Below, one piece after another: positions 47,673-57,875 of a stretch of DNA of 64,000 bases; the stretch's first letter is position 1; each line of letters opens with the position of its first letter. Under the pieces are notes generated by a model, which saw only the letters and a list, made by a program, of their open reading frames with translations, was not told the DNA's origin and ran no database searches. The stretch is taken from the NCBI GenBank assembly GCA_965224085.1, contig CBDCYI010000009.1, positions 128,001 to 192,000 on the forward strand, in the 5' to 3' direction. Source of the DNA: Candidatus Marinacidobacterales bacterium (lineage in GTDB: Bacteria; Acidobacteriota; Vicinamibacteria; Marinacidobacterales; SMYC01). The translations under genes were made by a program, and so were the position numbers.

Positions 47673-47748
47673 TGGTAGGCCGTGATGGTCTCGAACCATC
47701 GACATCCTGCTTAAAAGGCAGGCGCTCTACCAACTGAGCTAACGGCCC
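47673..47748 (-). tRNA. tRNA-Lys (TTT)
   Basis: GGGCCGT acceptor, AGCTCAGTTGGTAGAGC D arm, CCTGC-CTTTTAA-GCAGG anticodon arm, GGTTCGA T loop, encoded CCA; 76 nt. Confidence 0.97.
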
Positions 47749-47759
47749 ATGAGAGCTTG

Positions 47760-47788
47760 ATTTTAGGGCGTCGCGCTCTTTTCGTCAA
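47760..47788 (-). promoter_or_regulatory. tRNA promoter
   Basis: TTGACG-17 bp-TAAAAT. Confidence 0.75.
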
Positions 47789-47817
47789 TGAGTGTTGCGA
47801 TTTCAGTTCTTTGAGCC

Positions 47818-49149
47818 TCACGCGGCGGGAGTTTTCTTCGGAGCGCCGAACCAGTTGTTGAGCACAGAGCCGCGACCCATGTCCAGGATGGCCGCGCGCC
47901 TTTCGGGTCCGGTGGAGACCATCTCCACTGGCGCCCCGCAGAGCTCCTCGATGGTCTCTAGATATTCGCGGGCTTTGACAGGTAAATCGCCAATGCGGCT
48001 CACGCCGAACGTCGAGCTCTTCCATCCTGGAACTGCGCGATAGACGGGGCTGCACTCCTCTAGAGTCGAGAGCTCGCCGGGAAAATCGTCGACGCGCTCG
48101 CGGCGATATTCGTAATGCGTGCAGATTTGAATCTCGTCGAGGTCGTCGAGGACGTCGAGTTTCGTGATAGCGAGTGCGTCGAGGCCGTTGATACGGTTGG
48201 CGTAGCGGACGACGACGCTGTCGAACCAGCCGCAGCGGCGGGGGCGACCCGTTGAGGCGCCGTACTCCGCGCCTTTCTCCCGAATGGTCTCGCCGAGCTC
48301 GCCGAGCATCTCGGTTGGAAGCGGGCCTTCACCAACGCGTGTGATGTAGGCCTTCGTGATGCCCAAGATGTGGTCGATGGCCTTCGGGCTGATGCCGCTG
48401 CCGGTGCAAGCGCCCCCTGCGGTGGGGTTCGACGAGGTGACGAAAGGATAGGTGCCGTGGTCGATGTCCAAAAACGTTGCCTGTGCTCCTTCGAATAGGA
48501 CGTTCTTCCCTTCGAGTATCGACTCGTGGATGAGAAGCGACGTATCGCGAATGTGTGGCAGCACCTCGTTCGTGAAGCGCGTCAGGAGCTCCTTGGTTTC
48601 CACGAGAAGCTTCTCCGCGTCGGCGTCGACCCCGAGCTGCGCCGCTTTGTCGCGCACGAGATAGTCGAGCTTCTCATGCAAGAAGTCGGTGTGTTTCAAG
48701 TCCCCGACGCGCAACCCGCGGCGACCAATCTTGTCTTCGTAGGCAGGACCGATCCCTCGGCACGTCGTACCGATGCGCCGGTTTCCGAGCTTCTCCTCTT
48801 CTCGCTGTTCCGCGAGGCGGTGATACGGAAGGATGAGCTGGGCACGGTCGCTCACGTAGAGATTGGCGCCCACTTCGATGCCGAGCTCGCGCAACATTCT
48901 TGTCTCGGTCATGAAGGCTTCAGGGTCGACGACGCAGCCATTGCCGATGACGGATAAGACCCCCGGGTGCAAGATACCGGAAGGGATGATGTGCAGGACG
49001 AATTCTTGCTCTCCTACAACGACGGTATGGCCCGCGTTGTGGCCGCCGCCGTAGCGAACTACGACTTGCACCCGCTCCGATAGCAGGTCCACATACTTCC
49101 CCTTGCCCTCGTCACCCCACTGGGTTCCGACGACCACGATGTTCGGCAT
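47818..49149 (-). CDS. purA: Adenylosuccinate synthetase
   Basis: QWGDEGKGK, GGHNAGHT, HGTYPFVTSS, TGRPRRCGWFD. Confidence 0.98.
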   Translation of the reverse strand: MPNIVVVGTQWGDEGKGKYVDLLSERVQVVVRYGGGHNAGHTVVVGEQEFVLHIIPSGILHPGVLSVIGNGCVVDPEAFMTETRMLRELGIEVGANLYVSDRAQLILPYHRLAEQREEEKLGNRRIGTTCRGIGPAYEDKIGRRGLRVGDLKHTDFLHEKLDYLVRDKAAQLGVDADAEKLLVETKELLTRFTNEVLPHIRDTSLLIHESILEGKNVLFEGAQATFLDIDHGTYPFVTSSNPTAGGACTGSGISPKAIDHILGITKAYITRVGEGPLPTEMLGELGETIREKGAEYGASTGRPRRCGWFDSVVVRYANRINGLDALAITKLDVLDDLDEIQICTHYEYRRERVDDFPGELSTLEECSPVYRAVPGWKSSTFGVSRIGDLPVKAREYLETIEELCGAPVEMVSTGPERRAAILDMGRGSVLNNWFGAPKKTPAA

Positions 49150-49217
49150 CTATGACTCCTGGTGAAGATTCACAAGCGCTTAGTCTACCAAATCCAGATC
49201 GCGTATGATTCGACGCC

Positions 49218-50228
49218 ATGGCGATCACGTTTGCGAGACCCGCGTTCGAAGACTCCCTTTTCGAATATCTCGACGCGCATCGCTTGGTCGTCGTGACCGG
49301 GCCACGTGGGGCCGGTAAGACGACGCTTCTAAAGAGCCTCCGCGAGCATTGGCGTGGCGGCGCAGCGCTCGTGCAGATGGAGCCGGTCGCCTGCTCTCCC
49401 GAGGTGCTCCAGAGCGCCTTTGTGGAGCTCGCAGGTGACACGCTCGGGCGCGTTCCGAACGCCGCAACCTTTCACGAAGCCGTCCGCAGACGCGCGCGCG
49501 GCTCGCTCCTTCTTCTCGACGACATCGCCGAACTGCGCACGTTGTCGTACTACCCGGGCGTCGAGAAGCCTCTCCACGGGTTCCTCGCGGCGATCGCTGG
49601 CGTGAAGGAAGCTACGGTGGTCACCTCCCGTTTCGGTTTCTGGATGCGTCGTCACTTCCCTGAGCTGCACTACCTGTCGCTGCCGCCCCTAACGGTGGAG
49701 GAGCTCGCATCCGCCGGGGTGCGCGAGCCCGAGCTGGTCGCGAGCGCAACTGGCGGGCTCGCCGTTCACGCCCAGCACCTCGCCGACGGCGCCGTCGAAG
49801 AAACGCTCGCCTATGAGCTCTCACGCGGCGGTCGGATCGACGCCGAATGTCGCGCTACCCTCTCCGAGCTGCTCCATCGCGCCCGAGGCTACGGCGCATG
49901 CAAGTGGGTGCTACGAGTCCTTGCCGACGAAGAAGGCTTGAACCTCACCGAGGTAGCGCGACGGATGGACCGCACGCCCGGCTCCGCGCGGGACTACTTG
50001 CTGTGGCTCGAGGAAGTCGACGTGCTCGCTGCGCGAAAGAAGCGCTATTTCTACATCGACCCGATCTTGCGCCTCTGGGTGCGAGTACACGGTCAGGGCT
50101 GTCTAGCCACTCAGGCGGAAATTCAGGGTGAAGTTCGTGCTCACCTCGCAGGGATCGAAGGAGCGGTCACCGAACACGCGTTCCGGCGCCCGCCGCGTCC
50201 GTTCGAAGACTTGGTCGAGATTGATTGA
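49218..50228 (+). CDS. AAA/archaeal-type ATPase with C-terminal winged HTH
   Basis: Walker A GPRGAGKT, Walker B LLLLDD, TGGL, LNLTEVARR, YIDPILRLW. Confidence 0.75.
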   Translation: MAITFARPAFEDSLFEYLDAHRLVVVTGPRGAGKTTLLKSLREHWRGGAALVQMEPVACSPEVLQSAFVELAGDTLGRVPNAATFHEAVRRRARGSLLLLDDIAELRTLSYYPGVEKPLHGFLAAIAGVKEATVVTSRFGFWMRRHFPELHYLSLPPLTVEELASAGVREPELVASATGGLAVHAQHLADGAVEETLAYELSRGGRIDAECRATLSELLHRARGYGACKWVLRVLADEEGLNLTEVARRMDRTPGSARDYLLWLEEVDVLAARKKRYFYIDPILRLWVRVHGQGCLATQAEIQGEVRAHLAGIEGAVTEHAFRRPPRPFEDLVEID

Positions 50229-50242
50229 TGATGAGTGCATGA

Positions 50243-50791
50243 TCAGTCAAGGCCGAGCAGGCCGCGTATGTCTTCTTCGAGGCGGTCCGGCGTTTTCCCG
50301 GGGTTGAAGCCTATGTGCCGCTTCACAATGACACCTTCACGGTCGATGAGATAAGTCGTCGGCATCGCGTAGATCATGAACGCATTGTCGACATCGACGT
50401 TGCTTATCAAGTTCGTGTAGCTGACGCCGAGCTTTTTCAGGTAGGCGCCCACCTCTTCCGGCGGCGGCATCCGGTCGTCGACATGAACGCCGACCACTTC
50501 GAGCCCGTCTGAAGCGTACTTCTCGGAAAGCGTTTGGAAGAACGGCATCGATTTGACGCACGGCCCGCACCAAACCGCCCAGAAATCCAGCACGACGACC
50601 TTCCCGTGCACCTTTTCGAGAGAGAATTGCTCTCCTGCGACCGTGGCGACCTCGAACGCTGGCGCTTTTTTGCCGATGACTTCTTGACGCGCACCTGCGC
50701 TTATCGTTTTCTGTTGGCACACCCGTGCGAGCCCGAAGACCAACAGAAAACTCACGCCCAGCCAGAATCCTTTGCGCTCGATGCTCTTCAT
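50243..50791 (-). CDS. TlpA family thiol-disulfide oxidoreductase
   Basis: N-terminal membrane anchor, DFWAVWCGPC, MPTTYLID. Confidence 0.9.
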   Translation of the reverse strand: MKSIERKGFWLGVSFLLVFGLARVCQQKTISAGARQEVIGKKAPAFEVATVAGEQFSLEKVHGKVVVLDFWAVWCGPCVKSMPFFQTLSEKYASDGLEVVGVHVDDRMPPPEEVGAYLKKLGVSYTNLISNVDVDNAFMIYAMPTTYLIDREGVIVKRHIGFNPGKTPDRLEEDIRGLLGLD

Positions 50792-51789
50792 GTTGTCGCC
50801 CCCGAGACGGTTTCGGTCGCGACAGGCTCAATCGGTTCGGCTTGCTTCTCGGCAAGCCACCGCTCAGCGTCGATGGCCGCGGCGCAACCCGTGCCCGCAG
50901 CCGTCACCGCTTGCCGGTAAACCTTGTCCGCAACATCTCCACTCGCGAAGACCCCTTCGACGGAGGTCCGCGTTCCTTCCTCGAGCGTCAAGTAGCCCTG
51001 GTCGTCCGTCGCGAGCAGCCCCTGGAAGAGTCCTGTATTGGGAACGTGGCCGATCGCGACGAAAAGCGCACCGACGGCTAGCTCCGATTCCTCGCCCGAC
51101 TTGCGGTTTCGAATCCGTAGACCGCTGACATCGTTGTGCCCGAGCACTTCGACGACTTCGCTGTCCCACAGGAAATCGACTTTCTCGTTCTTGAACGCGC
51201 GGTCTTGCATGATCTTCGACGCGCGCAGCTCGTCGCGTCGGTGGATGACGGTAACTTTGGTCGCGAAACGGGTAAGAAAAAGCGCTTCTTCAATGGCCGT
51301 GTCGCCGCCGCCCACGACCGCAATCTCTTTCCCGCGGTAGAGGGCGCCATCGCAGGTCGCGCAGGCGGACACTCCGCGATTCTGGAGCTTTTTCTCCGAC
51401 TCCAGGCCGAGCCACTTCGCTGCGGCGCCCGTCGCGATCACGAGCGCGTCCGCAACATAGCTTTCCTTCGCCGTTCTCACTCGGAACGGCCGCTCGGATA
51501 AGTCGACCGATGTGGCGTCGGCGTAGACGATCTCAGCGCCAAAGCGTTCGGCTTGTTTGCGGAACAGCTCCATCATGTCGGGGCCGGTCACACCTTCGGG
51601 AAAACCCGGGTAGTTCTCCACGTCGGTGGTCAGCATCAGCTGCCCTCCGGGAATACCAATCTTGGGATCGGTGCCCGATCCTGCGATCACGAGCGGCTCG
51701 AGCTCCGCGCGTGCGGCGTAGATGGCAGCCGTATAGCCCGCGGGACCGCTGCCTATAATGATGACGCGCCTATGTTTCGTTTCAGTCAT
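50788..51789 (-). CDS. trxB: Thioredoxin reductase
   Basis: GSGPAG, VENYPGF, CATC, GGGDTA, RQAVTAAG. Confidence 0.97.
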   Translation of the reverse strand: MTETKHRRVIIIGSGPAGYTAAIYAARAELEPLVIAGSGTDPKIGIPGGQLMLTTDVENYPGFPEGVTGPDMMELFRKQAERFGAEIVYADATSVDLSERPFRVRTAKESYVADALVIATGAAAKWLGLESEKKLQNRGVSACATCDGALYRGKEIAVVGGGDTAIEEALFLTRFATKVTVIHRRDELRASKIMQDRAFKNEKVDFLWDSEVVEVLGHNDVSGLRIRNRKSGEESELAVGALFVAIGHVPNTGLFQGLLATDDQGYLTLEEGTRTSVEGVFASGDVADKVYRQAVTAAGTGCAAAIDAERWLAEKQAEPIEPVATETVSGATT

Positions 51790-51836
51790 CGTCTCCTCGG
51801 GTCGTTGGATCAGTGGATCAGTGTCTCGCTGTCCCT

Positions 51837-52163
51837 TCAATGCAAGTGTTTTTCGAGCAGTGCGGTCAAGTTCTCCTTTGAAGTAATCCCGACGACTTGC
51901 TCGCGAATTTCACTGCCTTTGAACACGATGACGGTAGGGATGCCGCGGATATCGTAGCGGTCCGAGATGGCCGTGTTCTCGTCCACGTTCAGTTTTCCCA
52001 CGCTCGCCCGCCCGTCGAACTCCTTCGCGAGCTCGTCAATCGCGGGCGCCATCATGCGACAGGGTGCGCACCATTCTGCCCAGAAGTCTACGAGAACGGG
52101 CTTCGTCGATCGAAGCACGTCCTCGTCCCACGTCTTGGAGGTGAAGGCCCTCACTTCACTCAT
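51837..52163 (-). CDS. trxA: Thioredoxin
   Basis: DFWAEWCAPC, IRGIPT. Confidence 0.97.
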   Translation of the reverse strand: MSEVRAFTSKTWDEDVLRSTKPVLVDFWAEWCAPCRMMAPAIDELAKEFDGRASVGKLNVDENTAISDRYDIRGIPTVIVFKGSEIREQVVGITSKENLTALLEKHLH

Positions 52164-52274
52164 ATCTGACCCACATTAGCAAATGCACCTACCGGAGCCT
52201 ATGACAAACTTCATGGAATACCACGGGAAGCGAGCGCATGCGTGCGTGCTATCCTCCTTTTGGTGCAACGAGCT

Positions 52275-53090
52275 ATGCCCTTCTACCCCACGCGCTCGAA
52301 AGGTCAGTGCTTTTTGACCGATCATCTTTACGTGGAGCGCATCGTCGAAGCCATTGGGCCCACAGCCGAGGAGACTCTCCTCGAGATCGGTGCGGGTGAA
52401 GGGCAGGTAACACTTCCGATGCTCGACAAAGGCGCTCGCATCGTCGCCGTCGAAGCGGATAAGCGGCTTGCGGCAAAGCTTCTCGCTCGAGCGGCGTCAG
52501 ACGACCGGCTCGAAGTGCTCCAGCAAGACGCGCTCCAAGCGGACTTTCTCGACGTCATCGCGTCCCGAAAGCTCGAGCGCACGCGTGTTTATGGAAATCT
52601 GCCCTACTCCGTCGCGGCGCCCATTTTGTTCAAGCTCATCTCGGCTGCGCCCGCGTTCAAGAGTTTTACCCTGATGTTTCAAAAAGAGGTCGCTGAACGC
52701 CTCGTCGCCTCGCCCTCGATCCCAGCATACAGTTTTCTCAGTGTCGTTGCCCAGCAAGCTGCCCAGATCCGGGTGCTCTTCAGCATCCCACCCGAAGCGT
52801 TTCGGCCGCGGCCGCGGGTTCTCTCCTCGTTGGTCGCGTTCGAGCTCCGTCACGACCGCGCCCCCGACTACGGGAATGAGGCTACCTTTCGCGCGCTCGT
52901 CAAAGGGCTCCTCGCCCACCGTCGCAAGACCATCCGCAACAACGTCAAGCATTTACGCCCCACTGGGGTGTCGCCGCAGCGCATCCGTGAGGCGCTCGAA
53001 GAGCTCGGCATCGATCCGTCGCGCCGCGCCGAAACCCTGTCGGTGCAGGAATTTGCGGAGCTCGGACGAATTTGCGCATCCCCTGCGTGA
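52275..53090 (+). CDS. rsmA: 16S rRNA dimethyltransferase
   Basis: GQCFL, EIGAGEG, GNLPY, QKEVAERL, RRAETLS. Confidence 0.95.
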   Translation: MPFYPTRSKGQCFLTDHLYVERIVEAIGPTAEETLLEIGAGEGQVTLPMLDKGARIVAVEADKRLAAKLLARAASDDRLEVLQQDALQADFLDVIASRKLERTRVYGNLPYSVAAPILFKLISAAPAFKSFTLMFQKEVAERLVASPSIPAYSFLSVVAQQAAQIRVLFSIPPEAFRPRPRVLSSLVAFELRHDRAPDYGNEATFRALVKGLLAHRRKTIRNNVKHLRPTGVSPQRIREALEELGIDPSRRAETLSVQEFAELGRICASPA

Positions 53091-53147
53091 TTTTCTGGTA
53101 GTATTTAAGCAATTCCTGAGGATCAGGAAGCTAAACACTTACCACTA

Positions 53148-54824
53148 ATGGTGAAATCTGTCGAACGTGAGCCTTTGGACATTGTGCCGTTGGGAGGCCT
53201 CGGCGAGTTTGGTCTCAACATGATGACCTTTCGTCACGGCGACACGATGCTCGTCGTCGACGCGGGCATCATGTTCCCTGGCCCCGAGCACCCCGGCATC
53301 AACATCCTCATGCCGGACACGCGCTATCTCGAGGAGCATCGCCACTTGTTCCGCGGGATAGTCTTGACCCACGCGCATGAAGATCACATCGGCGCGCTTC
53401 CCCAAGTCCTCGAACAATTCAACGTTCCTGTCTACGGGACCAAATTGACGCTCGGCATGGTGCGCCGGAAGCTTTTTGAGTATGACCTCGATTCCAAAGT
53501 GGCGCTCCACGAAATCTCGCCAGGCGAGTCGTTTTCGGTTGGGAGCTTCGGTACGGAGCTCGTTCCGATGACCCATAGCCTCGCCGATGCGGTGGCTGTC
53601 GTTCTCGATACGCCCCAGGGGAAGATCGTCCACACCGGGGACTTCAAAGTGGACGAAGCGCCCCCGGTAGGACCGCCCATCGATTTGAAGCGACTTGCGG
53701 AGCTCGGAAAAGACGGTGTGCTCTGCATGCTCTCGGACAGCACAAATGCTGAAGTCGCCGGCCGCACCGGCAATGAAAACTCGGTTGCCGAAGCGATCAA
53801 GACTCTTATCACTGAAGCCCCCGGCCGCGTGCTGCTCTCGTGTTTCACTTCGAGCACGCATCGGATACAGATCGCGCTCGACGTCGCGGCCAAGCTGGGG
53901 CGGAAAGTGGCGCTCGTCGGCCGGAGCATGGTCGACAACACGCAGACGGCGATGGATCTCGGCTACATGAAAGCGCCGGCGGGCTTGATTCGTGGGATCG
54001 AGGAGTTCGACCAAGTCCCGCGGCACAAACAGCTCTTCATCACTGCCGGAAGCCAAGGCGAGCCCTTTTCCGCGCTCGCCCAAGTCGCGAACGACACGCA
54101 TCGCTACATCTCGGTCGAGCCGGGCGACCGCGTCCTCATGAGCGCGCGCGTCATCCCCGGAAACGCGCGCGCAGTCAACGGCGTCGTCAACCGCTTGCAT
54201 CGTCTCGGAGCCGATGTCTTCCAGCCTGGCCGCGCCGATATTCACGTTTCCGGGCATGCGAGCGCCGAGGATCTGGACATGGTGCTCCGCCTCGTCCAAC
54301 CGGAGAGCTTCGTGCCCATTCATGGCGAGTGGCGCCAGCTCTTCCATCACGCGAAGATCGCGCGCGATGGCGGCGTCGACCCCGACGCCGTTTTCCTTGC
54401 CGAGGACGGCGACGTGCTCCGCTTCGAGGAAGGCTCGGCGGCGATCGTCGATCACTTCGACACTGAGCGCGAGCTTGTCGACGCAAGCGGCCTCGGGCTC
54501 GTCGATGACTGCGTGATACGCGACCGCCGACGCCTCTCCGCCGCTGGAGTCGTTGTTCCGATGCTATCGCTTACGTCGAACGGTGCGCCTATTGTATCGG
54601 ACATCTTGTCGCGCGGCTTCGTGGACAACGAAGACGCCGAGGCCATGCTCAGCGAAGCGCACGATGTCGTGCTCGACGCGGTGCGCGCGCTTTCGTCCGA
54701 GGAGTCCGAGAGCGAGCAAGCCGTGGAAGATCTCGTCGAGGTGACGCTCAAGCGCTTTTTTCGCAAGAAAGGCATCCGGCGTCCCGTAATCCTCCCTGTT
54801 GTCTTGGAGGCGGAGGAAGAGTGA
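53148..54824 (+). CDS. rnj: Ribonuclease J
   Basis: PLGGLGE, THAHEDHIG, TGDFK, GSQGEP, HVSGHA, PIHGE. Confidence 0.96.
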   Translation: MVKSVEREPLDIVPLGGLGEFGLNMMTFRHGDTMLVVDAGIMFPGPEHPGINILMPDTRYLEEHRHLFRGIVLTHAHEDHIGALPQVLEQFNVPVYGTKLTLGMVRRKLFEYDLDSKVALHEISPGESFSVGSFGTELVPMTHSLADAVAVVLDTPQGKIVHTGDFKVDEAPPVGPPIDLKRLAELGKDGVLCMLSDSTNAEVAGRTGNENSVAEAIKTLITEAPGRVLLSCFTSSTHRIQIALDVAAKLGRKVALVGRSMVDNTQTAMDLGYMKAPAGLIRGIEEFDQVPRHKQLFITAGSQGEPFSALAQVANDTHRYISVEPGDRVLMSARVIPGNARAVNGVVNRLHRLGADVFQPGRADIHVSGHASAEDLDMVLRLVQPESFVPIHGEWRQLFHHAKIARDGGVDPDAVFLAEDGDVLRFEEGSAAIVDHFDTERELVDASGLGLVDDCVIRDRRRLSAAGVVVPMLSLTSNGAPIVSDILSRGFVDNEDAEAMLSEAHDVVLDAVRALSSEESESEQAVEDLVEVTLKRFFRKKGIRRPVILPVVLEAEEE

Positions 54825-55621
54825 GCATCGCGGCGGCGATTTGGCTCGGCACAGTCCAGGGGTTGACCGAGTTTCTCCCTGTGTCGAGCGCTGGCCACTT
54901 GGCCATCGCTCAACATTTCATGGCAGGTTTCGACCAGCCGGGCCTCCTCTTCGACATCGTGCTGCATCTTGGCACTTTGGGAGCGGTGCTCCTCTATTTT
55001 CGTGAAGAGCTTGTTTTTCTTTCTACCGGTCTCAGGCCAGGGTCTTCGGGCTCCGCCGCTCGGCGACTGATCGGTCTTCTTGCGCTCAGCACCGTCCCCA
55101 TCGTCATCGCGGCGCTTCTCTTCAAGAATCGGATCGAGCAGAGCTTCCAGCAACTGTGGCTCATCGGAACTTCGCTCTGTGTGACGGGCGGGTGGCTTCT
55201 GCTGTCGTCGCGATCGTCCTCGGGCAGGCGACAGCTCCAGGAACTAACGGTGCGCGACGCTCTCATTGTTGGCCTCTTCCAAAGCATGGCTCTTCTTCCG
55301 GGCATTTCGCGCTCGGGAACGACGATCGGCGCCGGCCTCATACGCGGATTCGAGCATAGCACCGCCGCCCGTTTTTCCTTCTTGCTCTCCATTCCCGCCA
55401 TCGTCGGCGCGGCCGTTCTCAACCTGAAGGACACGGCATTCGTGGGAAGCGACGCTGTTTTTTGCTACTTCGTGGGGTTTGTAACGGCGTTCGCCATCGG
55501 CTACGTGGCCATCGGCATCGTCATCAGGTTTCTAGAGAGCCAAAAATTTCACGTGTTCGGCTACTATTGCCTCGTCGTAGGAGGAGCGGTCCTTGGCTAC
55601 GTCACGCTCGGTAACTCATAG
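54821..55621 (+). CDS. uppP: Undecaprenyl-diphosphatase
   Basis: QGLTEFLPVSSAGH, PGISRSG, FSFLLSIP. Confidence 0.96.
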   Translation: MSIAAAIWLGTVQGLTEFLPVSSAGHLAIAQHFMAGFDQPGLLFDIVLHLGTLGAVLLYFREELVFLSTGLRPGSSGSAARRLIGLLALSTVPIVIAALLFKNRIEQSFQQLWLIGTSLCVTGGWLLLSSRSSSGRRQLQELTVRDALIVGLFQSMALLPGISRSGTTIGAGLIRGFEHSTAARFSFLLSIPAIVGAAVLNLKDTAFVGSDAVFCYFVGFVTAFAIGYVAIGIVIRFLESQKFHVFGYYCLVVGGAVLGYVTLGNS

Positions 55622-57875
55622 AAACCACGCCAAAAGTTGGGTCCCGGCAGAAAGACTTTCCGAGATCCTCGGCATCGCTCTGATGGCATCCGCGCTCATG
55701 CTGGCAGTGAGTCTCTTGTCCCATTCTCCGGGAGATCCCGCGTGGTATTTCAAGGAGACGATGCCTCGCCCGACCCATAACTTGATTGGGCCGGCCGGCG
55801 CATTCCTCTCCGAAGCGTTTCTTCAGGTCTTCGGTCTCGCCTCTTACCTTCTTTCGATTTTGCTCTTCTTCGCGGGGTGGAACCGTTTCTGGTGCCAGCC
55901 GCTCGACTCGCGGATGAGCAAGGTCGTAGGTATCGGGACTCTCGTTCTAACGTTTTCCGGTCTGCTGGCGCTTGCGCTCGGTGAGCTCCCACTCGAAGGC
56001 CAACTGACGCCCGCCGGTGGTGCGCTTGGACAGCTGCTGGCGTCTTATCTCGTCACGCTTTTGAACCCGATCGGTGCTTTCATTCTGCTCGTCACGGTGA
56101 TGTTTGCCGCTCTGAGCGTGGCCACGCACTGGTCTCTCAGCGCTGGTGTCAAGAGCTTCCGTCGTTGGCAGAAGCGCAAATTCGCCGAAGCGCTCACGGC
56201 GTTTCACCATTTTCGCGAGAGCCGTCGAAAGCAAAAGCTCCGCGAACGTGTCGTGAAGAAGCACGCGAAACGCGCACGCCTCGGGAAGAAGAAAGAGGAA
56301 GAGCAAACTGAGGCGGACGCGAAGAAGCGAAAAGAGCGCCCAGGGAAGACGACCGTCACCCAGAAGTCCCCTCCGACCCCTCAAAAACAGGAGCTCCTCC
56401 CTTTCACGCCGAAGAAAGGCCGGTGGAACGCTCCTCCCTTCGGGATCCTCGACGTACTAAGCCACGAAGTACCGACCGATGAAAAGGAGTTGATGGAGCG
56501 GGCCAAGCTTCTTGAGCAGCGCTGCGGTGAGTTCGCGGTTCAGGGCCATGTGCAACAGATCCACCCCGGACCCGTCGTGACGACGTTCGAGTTCAAACCC
56601 AACGCGGGGATCAAGTACAGCAAAATCACTGCGCTTGCCGAAGATCTGTGCCTCGCGCTCAAAGCCGAGTCCGTGCGCATCGACCGCATCTCGGGGAAAT
56701 CCACCGTGGGCATCGAGATCCCAAATGTGAAGCGCGAAACGATTGGCCTTCGCGAGATTCTCGAATCGGAAGAGTTCAAGGGAAGCGCGGCACGTCTCAC
56801 ATTGGTGCTCGGGAAAACCATCCATGGCGCGTCTTTTGTGAGCGACCTCGCGCGCATGCCGCACCTTCTTATCGCGGGCGCAACCGGAAGCGGCAAGTCC
56901 GTTCTCTTGAACAGCCTCATCTGCTCCATCCTCTACAAATCGACGCCGGACGAAGTCAAGTTGATCTTGATCGACCCGAAGCATATCGAGCTCGGCGTCT
57001 ATCAAGACATCCCGCACCTCTTGACGCCGGTCATCACCGATCCGAAAAAAGCGGGCGACGTTTTGAAATGGATCGTCTACGAGATGGAGAGCCGCATCAA
57101 GATGCTCGCCTCCGAAGGCGTTCGCAACATCGACCAGTACAACAACATCATCCGGGGCGCGGCCGAGGCCGGTGAGACGCGAGAAAACGACCAAGGCGAG
57201 CCTCTAAAACCGCTCCCCTATGTGATGGTGATGATCGACGAGCTTGCGGATCTCATGATGGTTTCCTCCTCGGACGTCGAGGACGCGATCACGCGCCTCG
57301 CGCAGATGGCGCGCGCGGTCGGCATCCATCTCGTTCTCGCGACCCAGCGTCCTTCGGTGGACGTCATCACCGGTATCATCAAAGCGAATTTCCCGACGCG
57401 CATCGCCTTTCGTGTCGCCTCCCGTGTTGATTCGCGGACTATCCTCGACGGGAATGGCGCCGAGCAGCTGCTCGGCCGCGGCGACATGCTGTTCTTGCCC
57501 CCGGGCTCGGCCAGGCTCCTCCGCCTGCACGGCCCTTTCGTTTCGGAGGCCGAAGTGGGCCGCCTCGTCGCCTTTTGGAGGCGCGAGGGCAAACCGGAAT
57601 ATAACAAAGCGATTCTGGAGGCGCAGGAATCGAATGAGGTCGCTGCCTTCGAAAAAGACGAGCTTTTTGATAAAGCGGCCCGCGTTGTCGTGGAGACGCG
57701 TGCGGCATCCACGTCTCATTTGCAGCGGCGTTTGCGGCTCGGCTATAGCCGAGCCGCGCGCATCATGGACATGTTGGAAGCGGATGGTATCGTGGGCCCG
57801 TCCGAGGGCTCGAATCGGCGTGAGGTGCTTGTTCCCAAGGATTACTTCGATGAGGTCGATCACCAGTTGCGCTAG
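55593..57875 (+). CDS. ftsK: DNA translocase FtsK
   Basis: 4TM N-terminus, GATGSGKS, IDELADLM, ATQRPS, gamma domain LQRRLRLGYSRA. Confidence 0.97.
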   Translation: MATSRSVTHRNHAKSWVPAERLSEILGIALMASALMLAVSLLSHSPGDPAWYFKETMPRPTHNLIGPAGAFLSEAFLQVFGLASYLLSILLFFAGWNRFWCQPLDSRMSKVVGIGTLVLTFSGLLALALGELPLEGQLTPAGGALGQLLASYLVTLLNPIGAFILLVTVMFAALSVATHWSLSAGVKSFRRWQKRKFAEALTAFHHFRESRRKQKLRERVVKKHAKRARLGKKKEEEQTEADAKKRKERPGKTTVTQKSPPTPQKQELLPFTPKKGRWNAPPFGILDVLSHEVPTDEKELMERAKLLEQRCGEFAVQGHVQQIHPGPVVTTFEFKPNAGIKYSKITALAEDLCLALKAESVRIDRISGKSTVGIEIPNVKRETIGLREILESEEFKGSAARLTLVLGKTIHGASFVSDLARMPHLLIAGATGSGKSVLLNSLICSILYKSTPDEVKLILIDPKHIELGVYQDIPHLLTPVITDPKKAGDVLKWIVYEMESRIKMLASEGVRNIDQYNNIIRGAAEAGETRENDQGEPLKPLPYVMVMIDELADLMMVSSSDVEDAITRLAQMARAVGIHLVLATQRPSVDVITGIIKANFPTRIAFRVASRVDSRTILDGNGAEQLLGRGDMLFLPPGSARLLRLHGPFVSEAEVGRLVAFWRREGKPEYNKAILEAQESNEVAAFEKDELFDKAARVVVETRAASTSHLQRRLRLGYSRAARIMDMLEADGIVGPSEGSNRREVLVPKDYFDEVDHQLR

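Noticed and set aside
47170-47733. 187-aa ORF starting inside the tRNA
   Set aside because: It overlaps the tRNA and is antisense to the IS630 remnant.
57412-57849. Long N-terminal extension of the amidase
   Set aside because: It overlaps ftsK in another frame; the signal-like segment begins after 57850.
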